From Nitrosopumilus sp. (GTDB lineage Archaea > Thermoproteota > Nitrososphaeria > Nitrososphaerales > Nitrosopumilaceae): 64,000 bases of DNA. The stretch is taken from NCBI GenBank assembly GCA_963667665.2, contig OY763927.2:640001-704000 (forward strand), written 5' to 3'. The first letter of the stretch is position 1; every line of letters begins with the position of its first letter. Of the stretch, positions 1 to 10,578 are shown one piece after another. Position numbers and translations under genes: made by a program. The notes beneath the pieces are model-generated. The model worked only from the letters and a program-made list of their open reading frames with translations. It had not been told where the DNA came from and ran no database searches.

Positions 1-1
1 A

Positions 2-148
2 GGAGATATAGAAAAAACACTTTTTCCAAGTTATGCAAAAAAAGGTAAACTCAATACAATTAAATTCAAAAAAATAAAATGGTATTCAATTGATTCTATC
101 AAAGATATTGAAGAGAGTTCACTAGAAATAGAAAAAATAATAAAATAA
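2..148 (+). CDS. C-terminal part of a probable sugar-phosphate nucleotidyltransferase (truncated by window edge)
   Basis: Open frame GDIEKTLFPSYAKKGKL...WYSIDSIKDIEE...IK* ending TAA 146-148; WxSIDSxKD resembles NTP-transferase C-terminus. Confidence 0.55.
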   Translation, partial: GDIEKTLFPSYAKKGKLNTIKFKKIKWYSIDSIKDIEESSLEIEKIIK

Positions 149-160
149 AAAATTTGAGTA

Positions 161-307
161 TTATGCACCTGTTCTGTGCAATGTAACCATCATGTATGCT
201 ACTTCTTCAACAAAGGATTCATCTTTGCTAACTAGTGTGTATTGTGTAGCATTATTCCAAAAAGTTTCCCCTTTGTATGATTTTTCATTAAAAATTTGTT
301 CACTCAA
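161..307 (-). CDS. small hypothetical protein (48 aa)
   Basis: TTG start, MSEQIFNEKSYKGETFWNNATQYTLVSKDESFVEEVAYMMVTLHRTGA*; below the ORF track cutoff. Confidence 0.45.
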   Translation of the reverse strand: MSEQIFNEKSYKGETFWNNATQYTLVSKDESFVEEVAYMMVTLHRTGA

Positions 308-407
308 TGTTTATGATTAGTATCTGATCTGATAATACTCCACCTCAATCAAAATTAACCTATTACTAAAACAGATACGCTAAATATCCATCACACATAC
401 AATTTTC

Positions 408-1373
408 ATGCGAATTGGATGTAGTCTAGGCTCACTTCTTTCAGTAAATCAGGTTCTAGAATGCTCAGAAATTCTGTCTAAAACCAATGTCGATACAATT
501 TGGATACCTGAAACATGGGGTATGGAGAATTTCTCAATGTTAAGTGCTGTATCAAACAAGACAATTACCAAAAAAATAGGCTCATCTATTATCAACATCT
601 ATTCAAGAAGCCCATCAGTAATTGCAATGGGTGCATCTACTGTAGATACATTATCTGACGGACGATTAATTCTCGGTCTTGGAACAAGTAGTTTGCCAAT
701 AGTTGAAACTTTTCATGGTTACAAATTTGAAAAACCAGTACAACGAATGAAAGAATATGTTAAAATAATTAAATTAGTTTTATCAGGAAAAAAAGTAAAT
801 TATTCTGGAGAAATTTTTAATTTAAAGAATTTTACATTATTAACAAAACCAAAAAGAGAATCAATTCCAATTTATTTAGCAGCTGTTAATAAAAAAATGG
901 TTGATTTAGCATGGGATATTGGAGATGGGGTGATTTTTTATCTAAGACCAATAAATGAGATGAAAGAAACAATAACAAAAATGCAATCAAAGAAAAAAAT
1001 TGATGTTACTTGTCAGATAATTACTTGTGTTGGAGAAGATTCCGATGTTGCAATTGAACGTGCTAAAAAAACATTGGCGTTTTATGTATCTATAGGAAAA
1101 GTATATAGAGAATTTTTGGAAAAAAATGGATTTAAAAATGAAACATCAAACATATTTGATGAATTCAAAAAATCAGGATTAGAATCTAATCATGAATTTG
1201 TTACAGATTCAATGCTGCAATCACTTTGTATATCTGGTACTCCTGAAGAATGTAAAAAACAACTTCAAAAATTTCATAAAACAGGAATAAATTCACCAAT
1301 AATTCAATTTAATCCAGTTGGAGATGTATCTGAATCTTTTGAGTTATTGAAAAAAACATTTTTGGAGGAATAA
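408..1373 (+). CDS. LLM-class (probably F420-dependent) oxidoreductase
   Basis: IWIPETWG, SDGRLILGLG and IPIYLAA motifs of luciferase-like monooxygenase/Mer family. Confidence 0.85.
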   Translation: MRIGCSLGSLLSVNQVLECSEILSKTNVDTIWIPETWGMENFSMLSAVSNKTITKKIGSSIINIYSRSPSVIAMGASTVDTLSDGRLILGLGTSSLPIVETFHGYKFEKPVQRMKEYVKIIKLVLSGKKVNYSGEIFNLKNFTLLTKPKRESIPIYLAAVNKKMVDLAWDIGDGVIFYLRPINEMKETITKMQSKKKIDVTCQIITCVGEDSDVAIERAKKTLAFYVSIGKVYREFLEKNGFKNETSNIFDEFKKSGLESNHEFVTDSMLQSLCISGTPEECKKQLQKFHKTGINSPIIQFNPVGDVSESFELLKKTFLEE

Positions 1374-1374
1374 A

Positions 1375-2484
1375 ATGATCAAAGTTGGAATAGCAGCATA
1401 TGGAATTACTCCATTTACAAAAGATGATGAAAAAATAGAATCTGTTTTACTCAAATCTACAAAGACACTCTTTGAAAATAATCCTAAAATTAATAGAAAT
1501 GACATTGATGCAGTATTAGTTTCTACAAACAATAATTCAAAATATCTAGCCCCAATTTTATCAGAAATGACTGGAATTAAACCAAAAATTGCTCATTCTA
1601 TAGAAAGTCTATGTAATTCAGGCACGAATTCGATTGTTTCAGCATATTCATACATTGTTTCAGGGCTTGCAGACATGGTTCTCATTAACGGTGCTGAAAG
1701 ATATGATAGTCCAGGACAAATTTTAGACTGGGATAATTCAAGAGGGGAATTCAAACATCCAATATTTTGGGCATCTATTTTTACAAAATCATACAAACGA
1801 GAATATTTAATTTCTGATGAACAACTAGCACTTGTTTCAGTAAAAAATCATAAACATGCAAAAGAAAATCCTAACGCTCTATCAAACAAAACATTCACAA
1901 TTCAAGATGTAATAAATTCTAAAAAATTAACTGATGATCTTAGAGTATTAGATTGCTCAAGACCGTGTACTGGTAGTGCTTCTATTCTTCTTGCATCTGA
2001 AGAAATGGCTAAAAAGATTACTGATATGCCTGTATGGATTACAGGTATTGGTCAAAAAACAACTTCAGCTGGATTTACAAAAAATATGTCATTTAGTTCA
2101 ATGGAATCAACCAAAATAGCAAGTAACGCTGCATTAAAAATGGCAAATCAAAACATACAAGATATTGATGTTGCAGAGGTTCATGATGCATTTTCTGTTT
2201 GTGAACCAATGGCATTAGAATCCATGGGTTTTTCTGATTCAGGTTGTGGAACTAGTATGATTAAGGAACTTTATGACACAAACAATTTTAAAATAAACCC
2301 TAGAGGGGGATTGATTGGATCAGGTCATCCTCTTGGGGCAACAGGAATAGCTCAAACTATAGAAATTATGCAACAACTTCAATCAAATGCAGATACAAGG
2401 CAAGTTGACAATGCTAATGTGGGATTGGTTCACAATATGTCTGCAGCAGCCACATCTTCAACAGTATTGATTCTAGAAAAATGA
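1375..2484 (+). CDS. thiolase / acetyl-CoA acetyltransferase (archaeal SCP2-like type)
   Basis: ESLCNSG active Cys, AEVHDAF, INPRGGLIGSGHPLGATG. Confidence 0.92.
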   Translation: MIKVGIAAYGITPFTKDDEKIESVLLKSTKTLFENNPKINRNDIDAVLVSTNNNSKYLAPILSEMTGIKPKIAHSIESLCNSGTNSIVSAYSYIVSGLADMVLINGAERYDSPGQILDWDNSRGEFKHPIFWASIFTKSYKREYLISDEQLALVSVKNHKHAKENPNALSNKTFTIQDVINSKKLTDDLRVLDCSRPCTGSASILLASEEMAKKITDMPVWITGIGQKTTSAGFTKNMSFSSMESTKIASNAALKMANQNIQDIDVAEVHDAFSVCEPMALESMGFSDSGCGTSMIKELYDTNNFKINPRGGLIGSGHPLGATGIAQTIEIMQQLQSNADTRQVDNANVGLVHNMSAAATSSTVLILEK

Positions 2485-2789
2485 GTTTTGAGTCTGAATT
2501 ATTACAGGGGAAATTCTGTATTCCTGAATGTACAGTTTGTAAGAAAATTGTTTGGCCCCCAGCTGAATTTTGTAATTATTGTTTTGGGGTAGTGTCTCTT
2601 AAAAAAGGTGATTTTAAAGGTAAAGTAATTGAATTTTCAAGACAAGACAAGGAATATTTTTGCATAATAGAATTTGAAAATACTATTAGAATAATAGCAA
2701 AAATTTTACAAATTCCGGAAATAGGACAGACAGTTCAAATTTCAAAATGTGGTATTCTTAATGGGAATCATTTTTTTTATGTTAATTGA
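2481..2789 (+). CDS. DUF35-type Zn-ribbon/OB-fold protein (thiolase partner)
   Basis: CxxC...PP...CxxC motif; overlaps thiolase stop (ATGA). Confidence 0.8.
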   Translation: MSFESELLQGKFCIPECTVCKKIVWPPAEFCNYCFGVVSLKKGDFKGKVIEFSRQDKEYFCIIEFENTIRIIAKILQIPEIGQTVQISKCGILNGNHFFYVN

Positions 2790-3609
2790 ATTTTGTGTAA
2801 ATATATGGAGTTTCAATTGTTTGATCAAAAGTCCATATAGTTGGCAATGAAACGGTATCAACTATATTCAAATTATGTTTTTTAATAATTGAACCCCATC
2901 CACCATGTGACAAATTGTTTGATAATTGTTTTTTAGAATTTGTTCCTGCAAATACTAATCCAGCATTATGAGATATACTGGAAATTCCATTTATTTTATT
3001 AATAATACTAATTGCCAAAATATCTCCGCCCATTTGAGAAAGACCTCCAATAAAAAAAACAGGTTGTGTTAATTGAAGTTGAGAATAATCAAATTCTAAG
3101 GCATCTTTACATTTTGGATTAAAGTTTTGATTTGTGGATTTACTAATTGTTTCTTGTAATTCTACTAACACATCATCTATTTCAATACTGTATGAAATTA
3201 ATCCCAATATTTTTCCACAAAATGCAATTCGTCCATCTCCAGAACCAATATCTACCAGTTCTTTGTACCTTAATTTTTTTGCAACAAGGGCCATTACATA
3301 CGCAGACATTATCCATGTTGGGTAAAATGGTTGGCAACTAGAGCCATGTTTTATGCTGTTTAACCAATATTCGTTAATATCTCCTTCATAAACAACGCAG
3401 GTAGTTCCTGCAATTTTCTCTTCAAATGAATTAAAGTATATTGGATTTTTTTGAGCAAAATCATGAAGTGCTTCTAAATGATTTGTATCTATTGGAAATT
3501 GAGTAGAAGTAGAAACAGGTATTACTTCTTGAATATGGGCGCTGCCAGTATAATTTTTTGCAAATTCATGTTTTACTAGAACAAGATTTTTTACAAGATC
3601 ATCAAGCAT
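2782..3609 (-). CDS. putative SAM-dependent methyltransferase
   Basis: LVDIGSGDGRIA motif I followed by SIEID. Confidence 0.7.
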   Translation of the reverse strand: MLDDLVKNLVLVKHEFAKNYTGSAHIQEVIPVSTSTQFPIDTNHLEALHDFAQKNPIYFNSFEEKIAGTTCVVYEGDINEYWLNSIKHGSSCQPFYPTWIMSAYVMALVAKKLRYKELVDIGSGDGRIAFCGKILGLISYSIEIDDVLVELQETISKSTNQNFNPKCKDALEFDYSQLQLTQPVFFIGGLSQMGGDILAISIINKINGISSISHNAGLVFAGTNSKKQLSNNLSHGGWGSIIKKHNLNIVDTVSLPTIWTFDQTIETPYIYTKFN

Positions 3610-3947
3610 TAATTCAGTAAAATGAATGGGTTTGATAAACTCATTGCCCTCTAATTTGATTTTTTAGATAAAATTGATGCCAGTTCTTGTTCCACTTTTT
3701 TTAACTGCTTAATTGTTTTTGTCTGCATAATTTCAATATCCTTAAGTTCATTTTTAGAAGGATCCATTACCAATTGAAAACTTTGATGTTTTAATATATT
3801 CAAATAGAAATCCTTGCAAAAGAATCTGTAATTACATTCAAAGAGACATTCCCTGATTACAGAGAAAGCTTTGATGAGGATCATAATATTAGTTATTCCA
3901 TACAGGCTAGAAATGCAAACACTGGCAATATCTTTGCATTACAGATT

Positions 3948-4172
3948 ATGTATTATCTGCAAGGACCACCAGTAAGTACTGATAATTTTAATGAACGTGA
4001 AAATATCCAGTGTATCCCAGGTGAGAACATGTATGTCGGTGAGGGGGTGAGATCTATGTATATGGGCGGAGGAAACACTGATCTGTTCATACATGAATCA
4101 ATAAAAAGTACAAACTGTCTAGATGATGACTGGGATGCTAAAATGCTAACCCCTGAAGAACTCTTACAGTAA
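3948..4172 (+). CDS. hypothetical protein or fragment
   Basis: 74-aa ORF, no recognised motif. Confidence 0.3.
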   Translation: MYYLQGPPVSTDNFNERENIQCIPGENMYVGEGVRSMYMGGGNTDLFIHESIKSTNCLDDDWDAKMLTPEELLQ

Positions 4173-4359
4173 TATTTTATTTTCAAGACAATCTTATTAT
4201 ACAAATTAAAATTGATTCTACTTGTTGCCAAGCTTGAAACAAGTTTCATATCTTGTAGGATTAACCATAACCATTACACTTTTCTCGTTATTTTTGTACA
4301 TGGCATTACCATCCATGCTTTATGAGGACCATTGAAATGATAATACAGGCTTTGCTGAT

Positions 4360-4662
4360 ATGACTGATGAGGAGGTACTGGAATTATTTGTAACACATCC
4401 ATCATACTTTGCATTTTATGATAAACATCCAGATGCAATACAAGAATTAAACATAAACAGACATGGCGCAAATCTTGAGGTAGGTATTGCAAACTATCAG
4501 AACGGCGACTTTCTGATTTTAGATATGCACTTGGATAGGCATGATCTAGATGTTAGTGTTAATATTAGATGTGAGAGTGAGAATGATGACTATCAAAATA
4601 ATCATGTAGATGGCTTGTTTGCAGTTGACTTTATTTATAATACAGACTGTCTAATGAGATGA
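4360..4662 (+). CDS. hypothetical protein (possibly 5'-truncated)
   Basis: 100-aa ORF translationally coupled (ATGA) to the GNAT gene. Confidence 0.5.
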   Translation: MTDEEVLELFVTHPSYFAFYDKHPDAIQELNINRHGANLEVGIANYQNGDFLILDMHLDRHDLDVSVNIRCESENDDYQNNHVDGLFAVDFIYNTDCLMR

Positions 4663-5114
4663 ATGGTAGTATTTCCATTAATGATGTTATAATAAAAACA
4701 GCTCTTGATCAAGACGTTTTAGATATCTTGGAATTACTATACGAGCTAGGACGTCCAAGGCCACAACATGAGGACTTTGAATCTATCGTGAGAAAATACA
4801 TTGCAGATGCTGACAAGGAAATACTAGTTGTGTTATACCAAGATAAAATTATTGCAATGGCAAGTATCATTTATCTGCCCAGGTTAAACTATACAACTTT
4901 AGAGTTGTACATCCCAGAGTTGATTATATCTGGTAACTATCAAAGTAAGGGGATTGGGCGCAAGCTAGTATCTGTAATTATCGGTATGGCCAAAAAGCGA
5001 AACTGTCATAGAATTAGACTAGAGTCTGGGTATGACAGAATAGATGCACATTCGTTTTATACTAATATTGGATTTATGGATAATGCAAAGTCATTTGTGT
5101 TAAAATTGATTTGA
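4659..5114 (+). CDS. GNAT family N-acetyltransferase
   Basis: YQSKGIGRKL acetyl-CoA motif, AHSFYTNIGF. Confidence 0.9.
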   Translation: MNGSISINDVIIKTALDQDVLDILELLYELGRPRPQHEDFESIVRKYIADADKEILVVLYQDKIIAMASIIYLPRLNYTTLELYIPELIISGNYQSKGIGRKLVSVIIGMAKKRNCHRIRLESGYDRIDAHSFYTNIGFMDNAKSFVLKLI

Positions 5115-5172
5115 TGAATCATAAATAATGAATAGATTGTTTTAAATTTGGATAGAAAATTAATTTTAGAAA

Positions 5173-5340
5173 ATGGCTTTTATCAATTATTTTACTAACA
5201 ACTATTGTAAAGGCTGTGAACTTAGATTCTTAAAATCAGATGGAATTTACTGCCCTAAATGCGGTTCACAAGCCAGAACTGCCCCTAGACATGCATCTAA
5301 AAATAAAAAGAAATATAGAGAAAATAATATGTCTATTTAA
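5173..5340 (+). CDS. small Zn-ribbon protein (55 aa)
   Basis: MAFINYFTNNYCKGCELRFLKSDGIYCPKCGSQARTAPRH...; two CxxC pairs; not in ORF track. Confidence 0.6.
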   Translation: MAFINYFTNNYCKGCELRFLKSDGIYCPKCGSQARTAPRHASKNKKKYRENNMSI

Positions 5341-5405
5341 TATTAAAAACTAACGATCATAATAATTATGATCATAGTTTTATAGATTAATTATAAAAAA
5401 TAGAT

Positions 5406-5678
5406 TTGTTAAAAAGAATTAGTGTTCCAATAGTTATTTCAATTCTTAATAATTTATCAACTCATGGCCCTCTTAAAAGAACAAAACTTGCACTTTACTC
5501 GCATTTACCATATGACAGATTTATCAAATACATGAATATGCTATGTCTTTTAAATTTAATAAAATTAAATCATACTGCTAATGGATTGTATGTTGATATT
5601 ACAATATTTGGCACTAGTGGAAGGTGCAGACATATTGAAGAAACTAGAAAAAGAAAAAGAAAAAGAAATAGTCGATGA
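5406..5678 (+). CDS. winged-helix DNA-binding protein (thaumarchaeal type), C-terminus probably chimeric
   Basis: GPLKRTKLALYSHLPYDRFIKYM...YVDITIFG wHTH pattern. Confidence 0.6.
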   Translation: MLKRISVPIVISILNNLSTHGPLKRTKLALYSHLPYDRFIKYMNMLCLLNLIKLNHTANGLYVDITIFGTSGRCRHIEETRKRKRKRNSR

Positions 5679-6108
5679 GGATAAAATTGACATGCTAACA
5701 GACAAGTTCAAGAAGATACGTTATGAACTTAATAAAGAGGGTATTGCTTCAGCAAAACAATATGAAGACAATGCAGATTATTGGCGTTCATTAAGTCATC
5801 CTGAATCCCCAGATGTAGCAGCACATGGAGTTCACAATACTTCTTATGATTCTCAAATCATACCAACTTCTCACACATGTTCTAGCTGTTCTCAAAAAGG
5901 ATATTTTATATCCGGTTTTGACTGGTGGGTAATTCAACCTATTTGGAAAACATCTGAATCTGCTGATTATTGGACAAGAGTAACAACTACAACACAATCA
6001 TATGCTTCTGAGATAGAAACTGATCAACACTATGAGGAAATAAAACCTTGGTCTCATTATTCTCTAAAGAAAAGTGGGTCCATTGAGTGGTTTCTGGCCA
6101 TATTGTAG
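5581..6108 (+). pseudogene. fragment of a larger, probably exported protein
   Basis: Overlaps wHTH end and appears to continue by frameshift into 6087. Confidence 0.35.
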
Positions 6109-7169
6109 TTAATAATTTTGACAATGAACTTCAGTACTCAAGTCCTTTTGTATTCACTTCGACTTATGTAACACCATCATATGCCACGTTAGAATATTCT
6201 TGGATTGATGATGTTCCCAGCCATTCTAGACACATAACACAAGCTAGCGCAAACACAACAACTACCGTAACATCAGACAAGAACTACAACAACGTTACAA
6301 TTGAGGACGGTGGAATATTAGATGTACAAAATGTCATAATAAAAATCGATGGAACATATACAGAGAATGGAACCGGTAAGATTAAAGTTGGAAGAACTGG
6401 TTGTATTGGAGGCACACCAGGCATTGGTGTTGGTGGAATAGGTGGTGTTGCATTCAGGGCAGCCATTGGATCCCGTGGACGAGAAAGACCAGCAGAAAAT
6501 GGTGATGCAGCAATTAACATACCTGCAGGTAATGCACCCTCATGTACTGATTTTATAAATGCTGCCACATTTGAAAATGACTTATTACTATTTGATGTGA
6601 TAGCCCCAAAAATCAGATCACAAATTCAAGGAGGTAAAGGTTCTGATGGAACAGAAGCTGCACCATCAGGTACTGATGGAAGGGGTGGTACTGATTCCTT
6701 TAGATTCGGTACTTGGAGAACAAACAACCTAGGAGGAAGAGGTGCAAACGGTGCAGCAGGTGTAATGGGTGGAGGTAAGTTCCTTTTGTATATTAGAAAC
6801 ATTGCAACAACACTTAGAATTGATGCTAAAGGAAGTGATGGAAATAATGGACTGCAGGGAACAGCAGAAGCTGGCATTATACCTACTGCAAGTTCTGGTG
6901 CTGCAGGATCTGCAGGATCAGCAGCATCCTCAAGTGCTACTCTTGGCTCAGATGGAGCTCAGGGTGCAATTGTTTATGTCGTGTATAATGCTTTGAATGA
7001 TAATACACAGACAAACACTACAATTACAAATAGTGTTGATATTTCTGGCGGTGTTGGTGGATTTAACGGAAGTGTTGCAGGTGCAGCAAATGCATTGTTG
7101 ACTAGCAAGGGATCAACTAGTCCAGATGGTCTTAAGATTGTAGAATCACAGAGTGATCTAACAACATGA
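6087..7169 (+). CDS. glycine-rich surface or virion-like protein
   Basis: Many GxxG/GGxGG runs (GGTPGIGVGGIGG, GGRGANGAAG, GAAGSAGS). Confidence 0.55.
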   Translation: MVSGHIVVNNFDNELQYSSPFVFTSTYVTPSYATLEYSWIDDVPSHSRHITQASANTTTTVTSDKNYNNVTIEDGGILDVQNVIIKIDGTYTENGTGKIKVGRTGCIGGTPGIGVGGIGGVAFRAAIGSRGRERPAENGDAAINIPAGNAPSCTDFINAATFENDLLLFDVIAPKIRSQIQGGKGSDGTEAAPSGTDGRGGTDSFRFGTWRTNNLGGRGANGAAGVMGGGKFLLYIRNIATTLRIDAKGSDGNNGLQGTAEAGIIPTASSGAAGSAGSAASSSATLGSDGAQGAIVYVVYNALNDNTQTNTTITNSVDISGGVGGFNGSVAGAANALLTSKGSTSPDGLKIVESQSDLTT

Positions 7170-8316
7170 GGTGGTTGCTTAAATGGTAAACTTTACTCCG
7201 GACTCAACTACAATTGCAACACTCAACACAGAGACAGATTTATTTGATGTTACAAATGACAGGTATTTTGCCACATGGTTATTTACAAATAATATGGAAT
7301 CGGGGGGGGGGTATTTGCACAGACTTCATCTGATGCCTCAACTACAATTGTAGATAGAGATATACCCCCAACAAACCTTCTATCTACTTCAGGCCCCGAT
7401 GATATATTTTTTTATTGGGATGCACCAAGTGATGTAAGTACATATCCTGACACTACATATCAATTGCAGTATGTTGATTTTGAAACCATATTCAACATAC
7501 AGGGCTATCATGTATCTCCAATATACCGTAGTACTCTAAACTTTACTGTTGGTGATACTACTACTGTAGAAATTATACTAACCAACAATACTAGAATAGA
7601 TGTTGGCACAGTAATTACAGAAGGGTTACAACTTGACCATGAAGACTTCGTAAGTGGTGCAATATATGTAAGATATGGTATACAAAGTGTTCATGTTCCA
7701 ACATGGTTTACATGGGATGAAAGTATTCCTATAACATACACAAGCTATTACTTTACAAAGTCTTTACATACAGAGCTAGACACTCCTAGTCTACGAGCAC
7801 TCGAAACGTATCGTGTAATCATTACAGATACAGAACTCTTTACGAATAGTCATAGGACACTAGCGTTTACTCTTAGTAATATAGACTTACCACCGCCGCT
7901 ACCTACTGGAACTATGATATGTGAAGTATCTTTGAGTGGAAACTTGGCTTTCGGTAATTTGGGCATTGGTGCAGTATCTAGTGCAGAGACTCTAACGTTT
8001 ACCAATACTGGTAACGCTACAAACCCTGCTGATATTGAAGTGAGCGCAACTAATTGGTTGAGTACTACTGATCCACTTGTAATAGTAATGAATGCTGAAA
8101 ATACAAAGTATTCTGACACTTCATCTGATGCATATGCCGATAGAACATCGTTTACAACCTCTAATACATCTATTATTGATGATCTTGTAGTTAGTGACAC
8201 TGCTGACTCTTATTTACAAGTTCAAGTCAATCTATTAGATCTAACGTTTAGAGGAGTGATCTGGACCCCTTGTTTTAGTACCGTTTTTTGCATCTTTTTC
8301 CGAATGATTTCAGCCC

Positions 8317-9150
8317 TCATTTATTCCCATCCTCCACTTTGCGAGCAAACTCATTGGGGGTGACATACCCCAGAGCCGAGTGTATCTTGTCGTTGTTGTA
8401 GTCTGCAAACGCTCTGGCCAACACCACTTCGGCGTCTTGGAACCTGACAAACTCATGGGGCCATACATACTCCCGTTTGAGCGTTCCATGGAAAGACTCT
8501 ACGTGTCTGTTCTGTTCTGGCGTGTGCTTCCAGATGAACTCGTGCCGGATCCCCAACGCTTTCATTGCCTCCCGAAATTTGCGGCTGATGTACTGTGAAC
8601 CGTTGTCTGTCCTGAGCCTCAATCCTGGAACTTTTCCACCGGCCTCTGAGACGGCCTGCAGGACGGACTGAATCGCAGTGTCGGCCGTGGCCGCGGTGTC
8701 AAACATGTAAGCTGCCCACTTCCTGGTGAACACGTCCAAGACGTTGAAACAGTAACACCATCCGTCCCTACCGCAGTGAATGTATGTAATGTCCGTCTCC
8801 CATAACTGGTTGGGTCCGGTTGGCTTGAATCTCTTGCGTCTGGATATCCTGATTATGTCATTTTTCGTCTTTTGTGGCTCGTTCCAGCCTATTTTCCGAT
8901 ATATCCGCTGTATTTTCTTGCGGTTGGTGGACACCCCGGTCTCTCGAGAGATCTGCGCGGCCATCCTCCTGGTTCCGTACGTGGGACGCCTTGATGCTAT
9001 CTGTCGCACCTTATGGGTGACGCTGGCATCTATGGGGATCACCTTGAATTTTTTGGTGTAATGCCAAGCGCATTTGGATACCCCGCAATACCGCAACGCC
9101 TTGTTCAGGCTCATGTATTCGACGGCTTCACTGACTGCCTTTGTCTTCAT
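8317..9150 (-). CDS. IS3 transposase OrfB (rve DDE domain)
   Basis: LWETDITY, RTDNGSQY, VESFHGTLKRE, HSALGYVTP. Confidence 0.95.
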   Translation of the reverse strand: MKTKAVSEAVEYMSLNKALRYCGVSKCAWHYTKKFKVIPIDASVTHKVRQIASRRPTYGTRRMAAQISRETGVSTNRKKIQRIYRKIGWNEPQKTKNDIIRISRRKRFKPTGPNQLWETDITYIHCGRDGWCYCFNVLDVFTRKWAAYMFDTAATADTAIQSVLQAVSEAGGKVPGLRLRTDNGSQYISRKFREAMKALGIRHEFIWKHTPEQNRHVESFHGTLKREYVWPHEFVRFQDAEVVLARAFADYNNDKIHSALGYVTPNEFARKVEDGNK

Positions 9151-9461
9151 TGTTTTGCGCCCTCCAAAGTTTTTTTTAAAATGTCGTTGGCCACGGTAAT
9201 CTCGCCTATTATACGCTTGAGATTTTCCACCTCCTTTGTGTGGATCTTGGCCACATCCCCTCGGCCCGCCAAGGCTTGTTTCCCACCTGCCATGAATTTA
9301 TCCTTCCAGTCTTGGAATGTGGCCGGTGAGATGTTGTGCTTGCGACATAACTCAGCAGCAGACGTACTGGTATTCAAAAATTCCAGCACGATCCTGGCCT
9401 TCTCCTGTGGCATGCGTCTCTTGCTCATACCCATTTTGTTACCCCCTGTGCCAAAAAGCAT
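9147..9461 (-). CDS. IS3 transposase OrfA (HTH)
   Basis: AELCRKHNISPATFQDWK; A-run slippery site (ILKK) near its 3' end. Confidence 0.9.
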   Translation of the reverse strand: MLFGTGGNKMGMSKRRMPQEKARIVLEFLNTSTSAAELCRKHNISPATFQDWKDKFMAGGKQALAGRGDVAKIHTKEVENLKRIIGEITVANDILKKTLEGAKQ

Positions 9462-9602
9462 TCGGATTTGATCGGTTCTATTCTAGAGGGGTCCGGCCCA
9501 GGAGCCACACAACAAACAATCACTTCCAGTACTACTTGTCCTGGATAGTTCTTTTTTTTAATTTGTATAATTAACACATAATGATACCTGGTGATAAACT
9601 AA

Positions 9603-9866
9603 ATGTTAAAACAATTTATTTTTGGATATTCAACAAGAACGATTTCGGTTCTAGTACTAATGGCAATAGTACTATCAATGACTTCTAGTACGGTATTTGC
9701 AACTACGCCTGAAAGAGAGGTACCTTTTTTACCAATTATTAATCATGATGATATTTTTGATGCAAGATATGGTTCTGATGCAGCAAATAGCGTATTAATT
9801 GAAATAGAGAAAGTAAATAATATGTTTTCCATTATGAAAAATGATTTGAAATTTAAACAATCATGA
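9603..9866 (+). CDS. short signal-peptide-bearing protein, probably truncated
   Basis: Hydrophobic N-terminus ending STVFA. Confidence 0.4.
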   Translation: MLKQFIFGYSTRTISVLVLMAIVLSMTSSTVFATTPEREVPFLPIINHDDIFDARYGSDAANSVLIEIEKVNNMFSIMKNDLKFKQS

Positions 9867-9954
9867 CCGCGTGATTATCAGTAACCAAAATATTTGCTAA
9901 TTCAGCCAGATATTATGTAATTACCAGCTTTACTATACCTAATATGGGAACAAT

Positions 9955-10527
9955 TTGTCATTGCGAAGAAAAACCATAACATTAACAATTTCAAAACAAG
10001 AAATTATTAAAAAAAGTAAAAATAATAATCAAAAAGCTGCTAGATTACGTAGACAGCGAGGGTATCACTGGGAAGATACATTAGTAAAACGATTCAATAA
10101 TGTAGAAAAATGGAAAGCATTTAGACTTGGCTCTCCAAGTATTGCATTACCCGACGTATTGGCAGTAAGTACAGAAGAAAATACAATATATGCCATAGAG
10201 GCAAAATCTGGAACTAGTACATCACTTCCAGTTCCAGCAGATCAGATTGAGCGATGTTTAGAATGGATTAAGACGTTTGATATTTTCAAAAAAAGAAATG
10301 TGCTTTTGGCATTCAAATTTCTCTCCAAAAAAAGGTTAGGCGTGGGAAAATACGAAAGCCGAGAATTAAGAGAATTCTATAAAATTTGGGATGAATCACT
10401 AGAAATCACAGATTGTGTCTGTACGTATGAAGGGAAGTTTTTTGCAAAAATAGACGGTATAAGAAAAGAACTTTTTCTCAAGGAATGCTCAATGCCATTT
10501 AAGACTAAACAAAGGAATAGCACATAA
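9955..10527 (+). CDS. Hjc-type PD-(D/E)xK nuclease / Holliday junction resolvase-like
   Basis: GYHWE...LPDVLA...AIEAKS motif. Confidence 0.8.
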   Translation: MSLRRKTITLTISKQEIIKKSKNNNQKAARLRRQRGYHWEDTLVKRFNNVEKWKAFRLGSPSIALPDVLAVSTEENTIYAIEAKSGTSTSLPVPADQIERCLEWIKTFDIFKKRNVLLAFKFLSKKRLGVGKYESRELREFYKIWDESLEITDCVCTYEGKFFAKIDGIRKELFLKECSMPFKTKQRNST

Positions 10528-10578
10528 CAAAAATTGATTTTCAAATGATTTTATAAGGATAAAATGCAATAATGAATA

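Larger units (their letters stand above)
8257..9500 (-). mobile_element. complete IS3-family element (1244 bp)
   Basis: TG...CA ends with imperfect TIRs (TGATCTGGACCCC / TGGGCCGGACCCC); 4-bp TSD GGAG at 8253-8256 and 9501-9504; orfA+orfB. Confidence 0.95.
7183..9548 (+). pseudogene. Thr/Ser-rich surface protein, frameshifted at a G10 tract and interrupted by IS3
   Basis: ATG 7183; G10 at 7302-7311; frame VFAQ... joins ORF 7464; removing the IS restores ...FRGATQQTITSSTTCPG* (TAG 9546-9548). Confidence 0.65.
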
